From an uncultured Bdellovibrionales bacterium (GTDB lineage: Bacteria; Bdellovibrionota; Bdellovibrionia; Bdellovibrionales; UBA1609), in assembly GCA_938001965.1 (NCBI GenBank), contig CALLBC010000007.1:9709-73708 (forward strand): a DNA stretch of 64,000 nt, read 5' to 3'. Below the pieces are notes generated by a model, which saw only the letters and a program-made list of their open reading frames with translations, was not told the DNA's origin and did no database searches. Numbering within the stretch: position 1 is the first letter of the stretch; the number at the start of each line of letters is the position of its first letter. Both the position numbers and the translations under genes were made by a program. Of this stretch, positions 32,606 to 41,804 are shown piece by piece.

Positions 32606-32737
32606 TAAACATAATGTTTACATAAAACAGTTATACTAATCAATTAAATACTTCTATTTTAAAAGAAATCTTTATTTTTTAAACCCATATCGCTCAAAAG
32701 CCCCAACAGTGGGTAATTTAAGGCCAAGGAGATAATC

Positions 32738-33406
32738 ATGAATTTCAGCGACACACTTAAAAATCATATCAGCGACAAACACTTACTTAATCACCCCTTC
32801 TACCAAGCTTGGATGGAAGGAAAGTTATCTATGGACACTTTAAAAGAATATGCCGGCCAGTACTATCATCATGTTTCGGCTTTCCCGAGATACATTAGTG
32901 CTACCCACTCAAACTGTACCGATGCTAGTAAGCGAGAAATTTTACTTGAAAACTTGAATGAGGAAGAAGGTTTAAATAATACGTCTCATCCCCAGCTTTG
33001 GTTGGATTTTGCAGAAGGGCTTGGCCTCAAGGAAGGTGAAGTTAAAATAGCAAAGGAGAAAACTGCTATACAAAATGTAATTAAAACTTTCCTTGGTTAT
33101 GGAAAAAAATCTTATGCTGAGGGCTTAGCAGCTCTGTACGCTTATGAGTATCAAGTTCCAGAAGTGGCGAGCTCTAAAATTGAAGGTCTTGAAAAAAATT
33201 ATTCGATTAACGATGATAAAACACTTAAATTTTTTAGAGTTCATCAAGAGGCTGATATTTACCACCGTGAAGCTTGCGAAAAGTTAATTAATCAATTTTC
33301 ACCTGAAGAACAAAAACAGGCTTTAAAATCTGCCAGGGATGCAAGCTCTGCCCTATGGGACTTCTTATCAAGCCTACCAATTGAGAGCACTACTCATGCT
33401 GCCTAG
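32738..33406 (+). CDS. CADD/CT610-like heme-oxygenase-like diiron protein (TENA/PqqC fold); candidate non-canonical p-aminobenzoate synthase
   Basis: 222 aa. HPFYQAWMEGKLS..L..YA.QYYHHV.AFPRY, E-x6-H (EGLNNTSH), AALYAYEYQVP, H-x3-D-x2-H (HQEADIYH). This is the same ligand layout and block order I recall for chlamydial CADD. Located directly upstream of folB-folKP. Confidence 0.75.
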   Translation: MNFSDTLKNHISDKHLLNHPFYQAWMEGKLSMDTLKEYAGQYYHHVSAFPRYISATHSNCTDASKREILLENLNEEEGLNNTSHPQLWLDFAEGLGLKEGEVKIAKEKTAIQNVIKTFLGYGKKSYAEGLAALYAYEYQVPEVASSKIEGLEKNYSINDDKTLKFFRVHQEADIYHREACEKLINQFSPEEQKQALKSARDASSALWDFLSSLPIESTTHAA

Positions 33407-33419
33407 TAATTATTCCTCA

Positions 33420-33764
33420 ATGCATGTAAAGGATTACTCTGTGTACGTACACCTTGGTTGTAGTAAAGAAGAACGTACTCACAAACAAGAAGTACGCTTT
33501 AACATTGATCTTAGCTTCCCTGAAAATCCTCCCGGAGAAGTAACAGATCAGCTTAGCGACACTGTATGCTATTTTGAAATTTGTGAAATAATCAAAAAAC
33601 ATGTTGCTGAAAGAGAGTTTCAACTTATTGAAACTCTCTCTTATAACTGTTTAAAATTAATTAAAGAGAGATATCCGCAGCCCAACATTTCAGTGAGTTG
33701 TCACAAAGTAACCCCTCCTGTTGAAAATCTAAAAGGTGGAGTTGAGTATGTTTGTAGAGGATAA
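33420..33764 (+). CDS. folB: Dihydroneopterin aldolase family protein (FolB/FolX)
   Basis: The ORF track opens at 33339 but that overlaps the previous gene. In-frame ATGs at 33396 or 33420 give a ~115-aa protein (MHVKDYSVYVHLGCSKEERTHKQEVRFNIDLSF...TVCY..I...) of typical FolB size and pattern. The exact start is uncertain. Confidence 0.7.
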   Translation: MHVKDYSVYVHLGCSKEERTHKQEVRFNIDLSFPENPPGEVTDQLSDTVCYFEICEIIKKHVAEREFQLIETLSYNCLKLIKERYPQPNISVSCHKVTPPVENLKGGVEYVCRG

Positions 33765-34995
33765 AAAGAAATACCTCTCACTTGGGTCAAATTTAGGTGA
33801 TCGTTTTAAAAATATTGAAGGAGCATTAAATAAACTTAACGCCATTTGCGAAATAAAAAGAATTTCACCTCTATACGAAACCAAAGCTCTACTTTCAGAT
33901 ACCCCCAATGAAAATGACGATTTATTTTTTTTAAATCTAGTCATAGAAATTGATACTAACAAAAGCCCCGAAGACTTCTTAGCCCATACTAAAAAAATTG
34001 AACAATCATTTAATAATAATAAAATTCAACAGTGGTCCCCTCGATATATTGATATAGATATACTAACTTGGGATAATATATCTATAAAATCAAAAGACTT
34101 AACAATACCCCATCCAGAAATTCTCAAAAGATCATTTGTCTTAGACCCCTTAAAAGATCTTGATGCTAGATGGTTACAGCCTGCTCGAAAATTAAAAAAG
34201 AGAAACGCCACAATAATGAAAATTTACAACATCACTCCTGATTCCTTTTCTGGAGGTCTTGATTATAAGAATATGGATGAATTTAAGAGTATACTTTTAA
34301 ATGAATTTAATAATGGTGTTTCCTATTTTGACTTTGGTGCAGAGTCTACTCGACCAAACGCCACATATGTAGACGAATATAAAGAGTGGGAGCGTTTACA
34401 CCCCTATATCAATATTTTTAATAATGTCTTTAAAAATAAAATTTTAAGACCTAAACTTTCCATTGATACCTACAAAGCATCTATTGCCAAAAAGTCTCTT
34501 CAAATGGGAGCTGACTTAATTAATGATGTTAGTGGTTTAGCTGACCCACAGATGATAAATGTTATTAAAGATTCCAATTGTCAGTATATTCTTATGCATA
34601 GCCTTGGAGCTCCGGCCCAAAAAGAAAATATAATTTGTGGCGACCCTGTCACAACTCTATGTCAATGGCTTGAGAGTAAATTAGAACTATTTTTAAAAAA
34701 TAATATTCCGCTAAAAAACATAATCTTTGATCCTGGAATTGGGTTTGGGAAAAACACACAACAATCCGCCTTACTTATCAGACATATTGACCAATTTAAA
34801 AAATACCCAGTCAGGTTACTTGTTGGGCACTCAAGGAAGTCCTTCCTAACCCCGATAATTCATGACTCCTATAAGCAGCGTGACCTCGAAACCATTGGCG
34901 TATCACTAAAACTACTAAGTAAAGGGGTCGATATTTTACGCGTTCACAATACCCAAGACCATTTAAAAGTTCTTAAAGGATGGATGTATGCTTAA
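33736..34995 (+). CDS. folKP: Bifunctional HPPK (FolK) / dihydropteroate synthase (FolP)
   Basis: 419 aa. The N-terminus has HPPK motifs (YLSLGSNLGDR, PRYIDIDIL, IPHP). The C-terminus has DHPS motifs (NITPDSFSGG, DFGAESTRP, SIDT, INDVSG, DPGIGFGK). Confidence 0.9.
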   Translation: MELSMFVEDKKKYLSLGSNLGDRFKNIEGALNKLNAICEIKRISPLYETKALLSDTPNENDDLFFLNLVIEIDTNKSPEDFLAHTKKIEQSFNNNKIQQWSPRYIDIDILTWDNISIKSKDLTIPHPEILKRSFVLDPLKDLDARWLQPARKLKKRNATIMKIYNITPDSFSGGLDYKNMDEFKSILLNEFNNGVSYFDFGAESTRPNATYVDEYKEWERLHPYINIFNNVFKNKILRPKLSIDTYKASIAKKSLQMGADLINDVSGLADPQMINVIKDSNCQYILMHSLGAPAQKENIICGDPVTTLCQWLESKLELFLKNNIPLKNIIFDPGIGFGKNTQQSALLIRHIDQFKKYPVRLLVGHSRKSFLTPIIHDSYKQRDLETIGVSLKLLSKGVDILRVHNTQDHLKVLKGWMYA

Positions 34996-35701
34996 AATTA
35001 AACCCATTAAAACTAATATATATAACTTAGGCGATGACTTTAATAATTTTTTATATCAATCTTTAAAAGGTATTAATTTAGAAAATAAAATTTTAGCAAT
35101 TACCTCAAAAATAGTAAGTATCTCAGAAAATGAAATTGTTAAAAAAAATAGTATCTCTAAAGAAGAGCTCATTAAAAATGAGGCCGACATTTACTTAGGA
35201 AAAACATTATATGATTGCCATCTAACAATTAAGCATGGGCTTGTTATTCCTTCAGCTGGTATTGATGAATCAAATATTTCAGATGAAAATTATTTACTCT
35301 TCCCAAATAACCCATTTTTGTCTGCTAAAAAAATTCACAACCTAATTAAGTCATTATTTAATTTAAAAAATTTTGGCCTAATAATCACTGATTCTAAGAC
35401 TTTACCTTTAAAAAGAGGGGTTGTTGGAACTTGCTTAGCCTACCATGGGTTTTCAGGATTAATTAATAAGATTGGATGCAAAGACCTTTATGGAAAGCCT
35501 CTTGAACACACCCAAGTTAATATTTGCGAGGCCTTAGCTGCCGCGTCAACTTTATTAATGGGGGAAGCCAGCGAGCGACAACCTATGGCATTAATAGACA
35601 CTAAGGTGTCATTTAGTGAGTTTGATGCCTTTCAGGAGCAAGTTATTCCCATTGATGAGGATATCTACTCACCAATTTTCATGAAATTATTACAAAATTA
35701 A
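34988..35701 (+). CDS. CofE-like (F420:gamma-glutamyl ligase family) protein; candidate alternative folylglutamate synthase (FolC2 type)
   Basis: 237 aa. ITSKIVS, PSAGIDESN and GE..E..P motifs of the CofE fold. Overlaps folKP by 8 nt as the last gene of the folate operon. Confidence 0.65.
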   Translation: MLKIKPIKTNIYNLGDDFNNFLYQSLKGINLENKILAITSKIVSISENEIVKKNSISKEELIKNEADIYLGKTLYDCHLTIKHGLVIPSAGIDESNISDENYLLFPNNPFLSAKKIHNLIKSLFNLKNFGLIITDSKTLPLKRGVVGTCLAYHGFSGLINKIGCKDLYGKPLEHTQVNICEALAAASTLLMGEASERQPMALIDTKVSFSEFDAFQEQVIPIDEDIYSPIFMKLLQN

Positions 35702-35815
35702 TGCACCACTCCTGACGACTAAGTGAACTTTTTGTCTAACTCTAAAGGTTCTATATACTTAAATTAATTATGTGCTATTTAGTGAGTAAGTAAAACTATT
35801 TTTAAGGAGCACAAT

Positions 35816-36187
35816 ATGAACAAACTACTTTCAATTTTAATGGTATTAATGACATCTAACGCTTTTGCAGCTGGAGCACAAAGCTATATTTGTGGTGGAA
35901 CACTTGAAACTAACACAAATACTATTCCAATTAGTTTTGAAGTTAACTACTCTGACTGGGTTCTTGGACAAGGTTACACAACTGAAGTTTTATCAGTGAC
36001 AGCTCCTGCTACTGCAGTGACCGGAATTGACTTAGCTATTTTCAGAACTAACGTTGAAAACAACTCTAACTGCTTTTCATTAAACGAGCTTGAGTATCAA
36101 AGTGTTAATGGCAATGAGTATTATAAGCTTGATTTAAATTTTAAATGTTCTAGCGTTCGCATTTCTGGATTCTGCGGAAAAAACTAA
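35816..36187 (+). CDS. Small secreted hypothetical protein
   Basis: 123 aa. Signal peptide MNKLLSILMVLMTSNAFA/AG, four Cys, AAGGAG RBS. Followed by a strong terminator. Confidence 0.7.
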   Translation: MNKLLSILMVLMTSNAFAAGAQSYICGGTLETNTNTIPISFEVNYSDWVLGQGYTTEVLSVTAPATAVTGIDLAIFRTNVENNSNCFSLNELEYQSVNGNEYYKLDLNFKCSSVRISGFCGKN

Positions 36188-36215
36188 TTAGAATAATTAT
36201 TTATAAACTATTAAG

Positions 36216-36244
36216 CCTCATTATTTTTAATGAGGTTTTTTTTA
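36216..36244 (+). terminator. Rho-independent terminator
   Basis: CCTCATTA (36216-36223), TTTT loop, TAATGAGG (36228-36235), followed by a 9-T run. Confidence 0.85.
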
Positions 36245-36612
36245 TTTATAGGGTGTATTGACGCTTCACTTAGTCATTTAAAAACCTATCTAGGCTTATC
36301 TTCTTCGTCGAGTTTAAAAGTTTAATCCTCAACTCAAATTTAAACCAATCTAGTCTCTTAACTAGATGAAACGTCAACACACTCTAAACTAAAATACTTT
36401 TTATTTCTTTTGTTCTGTAAAAAATTTTTTCATTTAATAACACATATGTATAGATAAACTCTGTATAATTAGTTTTCATCCTAGCAAATATTTTTACATT
36501 TTAAAAAACTATTTCTAAAACTAAAGTCTGTTAATTCTTATTAAAATACACACCATAGTCTTGGAAATCTCAAAAAATAGGTCTAGTAATCTCATTTTTT
36601 AGCGTTTTTACT

Positions 36613-36639
36613 TAAAGCTACATAATGATACACCGATTA
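36613..36639 (+). promoter_or_regulatory. Sigma-28 (FliA)-type promoter of flagellin 1
   Basis: TAAA (36613-36616), N15, then ACCGATTA (36632-36639), versus the consensus TAAA-N15-GCCGATAA. Lies about 73 nt upstream of the flagellin ATG. Confidence 0.75.
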
Positions 36640-36711
36640 ATACCTTGAGAAAGAAAAACCCCCCGGATGCTATGGATAGTGTTTGGAATTTCTTCAAGGA
36701 GGAAGTAATAA

Positions 36712-37557
36712 ATGGGTTTGCGAATTAATACCAATGTAGCTTCTCTGAATGCTCAGAAGAATTTATTTGGTACTAAACTTAGACTTGATAAGAGTTTGGA
36801 GCGCTTGGGAACAGGCCTTCGAATTAATCATGCAGCAGATGACGCTGCAGGGTTAGCTATATCAGAAAATCTAAGAGCAACTATACGAGGTGAAAAACAA
36901 GCTCGTAGAAATGCTCAAGATGGGATATCGTTCGTTCAAGTTGCAGAAGGTGCACTTAACGAAGTTAGTAATATACTAATTAGACTTCGTGAGTTAGGTG
37001 TTCAAGCTGCCTCTGATACTATCGGACCTGTTGAAAGACAGTTCTTGAATACTGAGTATGATCAGTTAATTCAAGAAATCGATCGTATCGCAGACGGAAC
37101 TGAGTATAATGGATCTCAGTTACTTAGTGGAACAGGAACCGTTTTAGACTTCCAAGTGGGAGTTCATAACGATCCTATGATTGATCGTATCTCTTTTGAT
37201 GCTTCAAAAGCAGATGCAAATTCAGCCGCATTAGGTGTAAACCTAACAAGCGTATCTGATAAAGTTTCAGCACAGAATAGTTTGGCTGCAGTTGATGCTG
37301 CCTTGATTAGCGTAAATGCTATGAGAGCAGATTTCGGTGCAATCCAAAGTAGAATGATGTCTACAATACAGAACTTATCTGTATCAATAGAAAATCAGTC
37401 TGCTGCTTTTTCTAGAATCAGAGATGTGGATGTTGCTGAAGAAACCGCTGAATTAACAAAACAAAATGTGTTAATGCAAGCTGGTACTTCTGTACTTGCT
37501 CAGGCGAATCAATCACAACAACTTGCACTAGGACTCTTGAACAAAACCTTAGGGTAG
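36712..37557 (+). CDS. fliC: Flagellin (short type, no hypervariable D2/D3 insert)
   Basis: 281 aa. N-terminus MGLRINTNVASLNAQ, DDAAGLAISE. C-terminus ...LAQANQSQQLALGLL. GGAGG RBS. Confidence 0.95.
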   Translation: MGLRINTNVASLNAQKNLFGTKLRLDKSLERLGTGLRINHAADDAAGLAISENLRATIRGEKQARRNAQDGISFVQVAEGALNEVSNILIRLRELGVQAASDTIGPVERQFLNTEYDQLIQEIDRIADGTEYNGSQLLSGTGTVLDFQVGVHNDPMIDRISFDASKADANSAALGVNLTSVSDKVSAQNSLAAVDAALISVNAMRADFGAIQSRMMSTIQNLSVSIENQSAAFSRIRDVDVAEETAELTKQNVLMQAGTSVLAQANQSQQLALGLLNKTLG

Positions 37558-37695
37558 TTTAGTAACAAATACTGACCTATGACTTTAGGACTACGTACTT
37601 TAGCTCTGTTTTTTCACCGACCAGGTGAAAGACTAGCCTATTCGCAAAACTCGGTTAATACTGGTTTTTTATAAGTGAGTTTCCTGCTAAAACAC

Positions 37696-37732
37696 AGGAC
37701 TACCAAGGCTTTTGGTAGTCCTATTTTTTTTT
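37696..37732 (+). terminator. Rho-independent terminator between the flagellin genes
   Basis: AGGACTACCAA (37696-37706), GGCTT loop, TTGGTAGTCCT (37712-37722), then ATTTTTTTTT. Confidence 0.85.
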
Positions 37733-37842
37733 CTAGACTACAGCCCTATTATTTATATTCCGAAAAATAGTTACAAGTAATTAGTTTTTTACAGGATGTT
37801 TAAAACTTAACTATTCAGGACGAGTAATTTTAGAGGTTTAAT

Positions 37843-38676
37843 TTGCCAATAAGAATTAATACTAACATGCCAGCTATAAGTGCACAGACTAATCTGTTTA
37901 AAACAGATATGTCACTTGCACGTGCTATGAAAAGATTAGCAACTGGCGATAGAATTACTCAAGCCGGTGACGATGCCGCAGGCCTTGCAATATCAGAAAA
38001 TTTAAAAGCACAAATTCGTGGAATGAAACAAGCAAGGAGAAATGCCAGTGATGGTATTTCAATGGTGCAAGTTGCTGAAGGTGGTTTAAACCAAGTTTCA
38101 AATATGTTAATTCGCTTACGTGAGTTAGCAGTGCAATCAGCTTCAGACACAATTGGTGATTCTGAAAGAGAAATGGTCGATGTTGAATACCAACAAATTA
38201 AAGCCGAATTACAAAGAACAACTGAAGCCACCGAATTTAATGGCATGACATTACTGAACGGACAAGGTGGAGTTGTAGATATACAAATTGGTATACACAA
38301 TGATCCAAGACTAGATCGCTTATCTTTTGATGCATCTAAAACAGATGCCTCAATTGAAGCTCTCGGTATTGTTGCTGAAACTGTAATTACAAAACAGGGA
38401 GCACAAGCCAGCCTTGGTGTTATTGACGCCGCTCTTTTATCAGTTAATGGTATGCGAGCAAACTTTGGTGCTGTACAAAATAGACTTACCCATGTTGTTG
38501 ATAACTTATCGGTTGCTCATGAAAACTTAGCAGCAGCTAACTCTAGAATAAGAGACACAGACTATGCCGAAGTTTCTGCAGAACTGGCCAAACAAAATAT
38601 TTTAAAACAAGCTGGTGTAGCAACACTGGCCCAAGCTAACAACTTAAATCAATTAGCTCTGAAGCTTATTGGCTAA
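37843..38676 (+). CDS. fliC: Flagellin paralog (short type), TTG start
   Basis: 277 aa. (TTG)PIRINTNMPAISAQ, DDAAGLAISE, ...LAQANNLNQLALKLIG. Roughly 60% identical to the upstream copy by eye. AGAGG lies 7 nt upstream of the TTG. Confidence 0.9.
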   Translation: MPIRINTNMPAISAQTNLFKTDMSLARAMKRLATGDRITQAGDDAAGLAISENLKAQIRGMKQARRNASDGISMVQVAEGGLNQVSNMLIRLRELAVQSASDTIGDSEREMVDVEYQQIKAELQRTTEATEFNGMTLLNGQGGVVDIQIGIHNDPRLDRLSFDASKTDASIEALGIVAETVITKQGAQASLGVIDAALLSVNGMRANFGAVQNRLTHVVDNLSVAHENLAAANSRIRDTDYAEVSAELAKQNILKQAGVATLAQANNLNQLALKLIG

Positions 38677-38709
38677 ACTACAAATTCACCTTAATACTTT
38701 AAATCACCA

Positions 38710-38806
38710 TTGAAAATTGATATGGAATATACTTACCTCGTACTCAAACAGCTACCCTTCGGGTAGAACTCCGTGCGAGCCAAGTATATTCCATATCAAT
38801 TTTCAA
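38710..38806. repeat. 97-bp nested palindrome (25-bp perfect inverted repeat enclosing a GC hairpin) between convergent genes
   Basis: TTGAAAATTGATATGGAATATACTT (38710-38734) is the exact reverse complement of 38782-38806. The inner CTACCC-TTC-GGGTAG hairpin is at about 38752-38766. No flanking U-run on either strand. Confidence 0.85.
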
Positions 38807-38841
38807 AATAACTCTCACTAGCTATAAAGCGAATAATTATT

Positions 38842-40407
38842 TTATAGATTTAAGGCCTCCACAGCCCTTTTTAAATAGTCTTTATAGCCATTAAAATAAT
38901 CTTCTTTGGTCATTTCATATAAGTAATGGGGAGTTACTCCATTGTCTTCTATACGATCGCCATTGGGACTGTAAAAAAGTGACCGTGTAATTTGAGCTCT
39001 CACCTTTGAATGAGTGAGTTGAAAGGGCTTTTCAGGATGAGTGTAAACATGCCCACCTGCACCAACAGTTTGTTGCCCCACTAATGTAGCTAAACCTAAA
39101 TCTTTCATAAATGAAGGAAACATATCTCCACCAGATGCTGACATTTCATTAATTAAAAGGACCACTGGCTTTGTGAACTTAACAGAACTAGGTTCAATCT
39201 GGTGCTCACCCATTGGCTCAAAAGCATAATCATAAAAACCCCATAGCGGGATTTTTGGTGTTAAAAACTCATTATTAAGAGCAGACTGTGTGACTTGATC
39301 AATAACAGATTTAAATTGATCATATTGAAAAGTTCCTTTTTGATAATACTTTGTAAAATGATAGTTCAAAGTGTTTAACTGTTGTTGGCCAGTTCTAAAC
39401 TCCATCAAAACAGGGTCAAAAGGTTTATCAGTAAAATAACTGACCATCTTATGAACTAATGCCACACTACCACCACAATTATAATCTTGATCAATTATCA
39501 AGCCATCAACACTCTTTTCAAAGTACACAATTGCAGTTTCATAATTTTTTAACCACTTATGAACAGCATCATCACCTTGAGAATAAGGCATGTATTGAGG
39601 GATTTTCATAAGACCTACAACTCCCTTGTCAGTTTCAAAGGTGAAGGCTGAAAACGGCAAATCCAGTTCTATTGCATTTTTTGGAGCCTTAATCCTACTC
39701 ACTGGATTACAAAAGTCTTTTCTTGCTAAGTGATATTTTGCAAATGCTTGATTCGTTTGCGGAGCCACTTCAAAATTTTCATTCACAAGCCATTTAACAT
39801 TTGTAAGTTCCGGCTGTAACTTTCCAGATTTTAAAATTGATAGTTCTAACTGCCCATTAGGCAATGGCATATTTTTCTCTGGTCTGCGGGCCAACATCAT
39901 AGTTGCAAAAGAGTGCCTTGACCTTTCATTCGATAGACCAAGATATTTATAAATTGTGTTTTTTAAATATTTTTTAACTGGCTTATTATTTACTTTAACT
40001 AATTCATCACCTATTTCAAAGTTAAATGACTCTTTGGGAAGTAAAACTCGATCAATAGAAGAGAGGTAGTACTTACCTTTAGAGTATTCAACCTCAAACC
40101 CTAACACAGCAGTTCTCCTAGACCCATTACTAATTCCAAAATGTAAATCCTTTAGTTCATTGGCAAATAAAATCATATGATAATAGAACTCTGTATCAGC
40201 CATACCTTGTTTAATTTCACCTCTGTACTTTGCTGATAATTTATCAAAGTTGAAGTTAAATAGTTTTTCTTTATGCTTCAAAGGGCCGTATTCGTTTTTT
40301 ATTTCTAATACTAACTGGTTAAAATCTTCTAGCTTTTGATCATAAGTTAAGGCCGAAGCCGTCGATGTAATTAATACCAAAACAATAAAATTAAAAATTA
40401 ACTTCAT
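38842..40407 (-). CDS. S41-family (tail-specific/C-terminal processing-type) secreted peptidase
   Basis: 521 aa. Signal peptide MKLIFNFIVLVLITSTASA. PDZ-like segment (FEIGDELVKVNNKPV). LINEMSASGGDMFPSFMKDLGLATLVGQQTVGAGG matches the S41 serine block. Confidence 0.7.
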   Translation of the reverse strand: MKLIFNFIVLVLITSTASALTYDQKLEDFNQLVLEIKNEYGPLKHKEKLFNFNFDKLSAKYRGEIKQGMADTEFYYHMILFANELKDLHFGISNGSRRTAVLGFEVEYSKGKYYLSSIDRVLLPKESFNFEIGDELVKVNNKPVKKYLKNTIYKYLGLSNERSRHSFATMMLARRPEKNMPLPNGQLELSILKSGKLQPELTNVKWLVNENFEVAPQTNQAFAKYHLARKDFCNPVSRIKAPKNAIELDLPFSAFTFETDKGVVGLMKIPQYMPYSQGDDAVHKWLKNYETAIVYFEKSVDGLIIDQDYNCGGSVALVHKMVSYFTDKPFDPVLMEFRTGQQQLNTLNYHFTKYYQKGTFQYDQFKSVIDQVTQSALNNEFLTPKIPLWGFYDYAFEPMGEHQIEPSSVKFTKPVVLLINEMSASGGDMFPSFMKDLGLATLVGQQTVGAGGHVYTHPEKPFQLTHSKVRAQITRSLFYSPNGDRIEDNGVTPHYLYEMTKEDYFNGYKDYLKRAVEALNL

Positions 40408-40530
40408 ATTAAACCCCCAAATTTAATGAATGAAGTAAATTTAACAGATAGAAATTTAATTTGTTACTTAAATAAAATTATATGTATAGATTAATAGCTG
40501 ATTGATTTAGTCAGATATAAGCTATCGAAA

Positions 40531-40986
40531 CTACGGATTAATTATCACTTTTGTGTTGATTTTTATTTTTTCAAAAATTGACTCTATATCTTTATTATAC
40601 ATACGTATACAGCCTTCAGACCACGCTTTATCCTCTAGGCCACCATGAATATATATCTCACCACCAATTGGAGTCGACCAATCTGAGCCACCATGTGAAC
40701 TTATAGCTGATAAAATTGAATTATATTGCTCTCTAGTAATACGCTCCTCTTTCAAAGCTCTTTCGGCATCATCTTTGTTTGGGTAGTTTAAACCTAGGCT
40801 TAGATAAAACTTTGATTTATCATTTTTAACACACACATGATACTCCCCTTCCGGAGTTTTTTGATCATCACGCAACTCTTTTTGGCCAACTTCGGATTTA
40901 CCAATGCCAACAGAATATAACTGATCTACGCCATCTTCATTAACCACTTTTAATATTTTTTTAGACTTACTAATCTCAATCCACAT
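40531..40986 (-). CDS. L,D-transpeptidase (YkuD) domain protein
   Basis: 151 aa. IYIHGG...WSEGCIRM catalytic His / Cys motifs. Confidence 0.8.
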   Translation of the reverse strand: MWIEISKSKKILKVVNEDGVDQLYSVGIGKSEVGQKELRDDQKTPEGEYHVCVKNDKSKFYLSLGLNYPNKDDAERALKEERITREQYNSILSAISSHGGSDWSTPIGGEIYIHGGLEDKAWSEGCIRMYNKDIESIFEKIKINTKVIINP

Positions 40987-41006
40987 ATTTATACAGGTCC
41001 TAGTTT

Positions 41007-41037
41007 AAAAAAATTAGGCTCGGAATATACCGAGCCT
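41007..41037 (-). terminator. Rho-independent terminator (minus strand)
   Basis: AGGCTCGG (41016-41023), AATATA loop, CCGAGCCT (41030-41037). The plus-strand A7 run at 41007-41013 is the U-run on the minus strand, downstream of the 41077-41613 gene. Confidence 0.85.
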
Positions 41038-41076
41038 AAAAGTGATTATATCTACTTTTAACAACTTAAACAATTA

Positions 41077-41613
41077 CTATGCATTAGTTGATGTTTTTAG
41101 CATCCCTTCTATTTTTGTTAGTAAAACTTTTTCGTTTTCACTCACTTGCTCTCCGCCAAAGCCTAAAAATCCACCTTCTGATGCTGACTCTGCAACTTTT
41201 TGAGCAACACTTTTTACCCACTGACCGTATTGGCTGGCCTCAGTCGCGCTACAATTTGCTTTGATTAACTTCATTGCTTTTCCACAGTTCTCAAGCATAT
41301 AGTTTTGAAACTCTCCATTAGTTTTAATATTTTTATTTTTGATATCAGCCATTAATTTTTCTCTGTAAAGGCTCGCTTTTTCTTTTGCCTCAGAAAAATT
41401 TTCTGCTCCCTGTAAAATACAGCCAATTAATTCATTATCTGGGTACTCATTTTTTCCTGACATTAAAGACTTCATGTTCGCCATAGCCTCTTTTATAGTT
41501 CCAAGAAAACCACTCTTTCCAGCTTTAGCCATTGATGCGCCAATTAATGATGGTGCACTCGATACTAAAAACCACTCCTCATCAGAAAATTTATCTCTTA
41601 TTGAATTACTCAT
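41077..41613 (-). CDS. Hypothetical protein
   Basis: 178 aa, all-helical-looking, no signal peptide. GGAGAG RBS and its own terminator. No family recognised. Confidence 0.6.
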   Translation of the reverse strand: MSNSIRDKFSDEEWFLVSSAPSLIGASMAKAGKSGFLGTIKEAMANMKSLMSGKNEYPDNELIGCILQGAENFSEAKEKASLYREKLMADIKNKNIKTNGEFQNYMLENCGKAMKLIKANCSATEASQYGQWVKSVAQKVAESASEGGFLGFGGEQVSENEKVLLTKIEGMLKTSTNA

Positions 41614-41804
41614 AGTACTCTCCTTTGTTAGGGTTCAAAAAAAATAGTACTTTTTTATATAACTGTCACTTAGTTTTAGTTTCAAGACTGATAAAGCAAC
41701 TTCTCAACTCTACTAAAGAGCGGCTTTTCAATAAAAGTAATTTATATGCTGTGTATTAATTATCATATAAATTGTTTAGTACATTTTTAACTACAAATAG
41801 AAAC

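Noticed and set aside
33339-33419. Track start (33339) for the FolB-like ORF
   Set aside because: It would overlap the CADD-like gene by 68 nt and add a non-conserved N-terminus. In-frame ATGs at 33396 or 33420 give the canonical ~115-aa size.
37955-38300. Two antisense ORFs within flagellin 2
   Set aside because: They lie opposite a canonical flagellin coding sequence and have no independent support.
38842-40407. Calling the S41 peptidase a CPAF-like effector because of the Chlamydia-type folate genes nearby
   Set aside because: Only the generic S41 serine block is visible. There is no evidence for the CPAF-specific architecture, so it is kept as a generic S41 peptidase.
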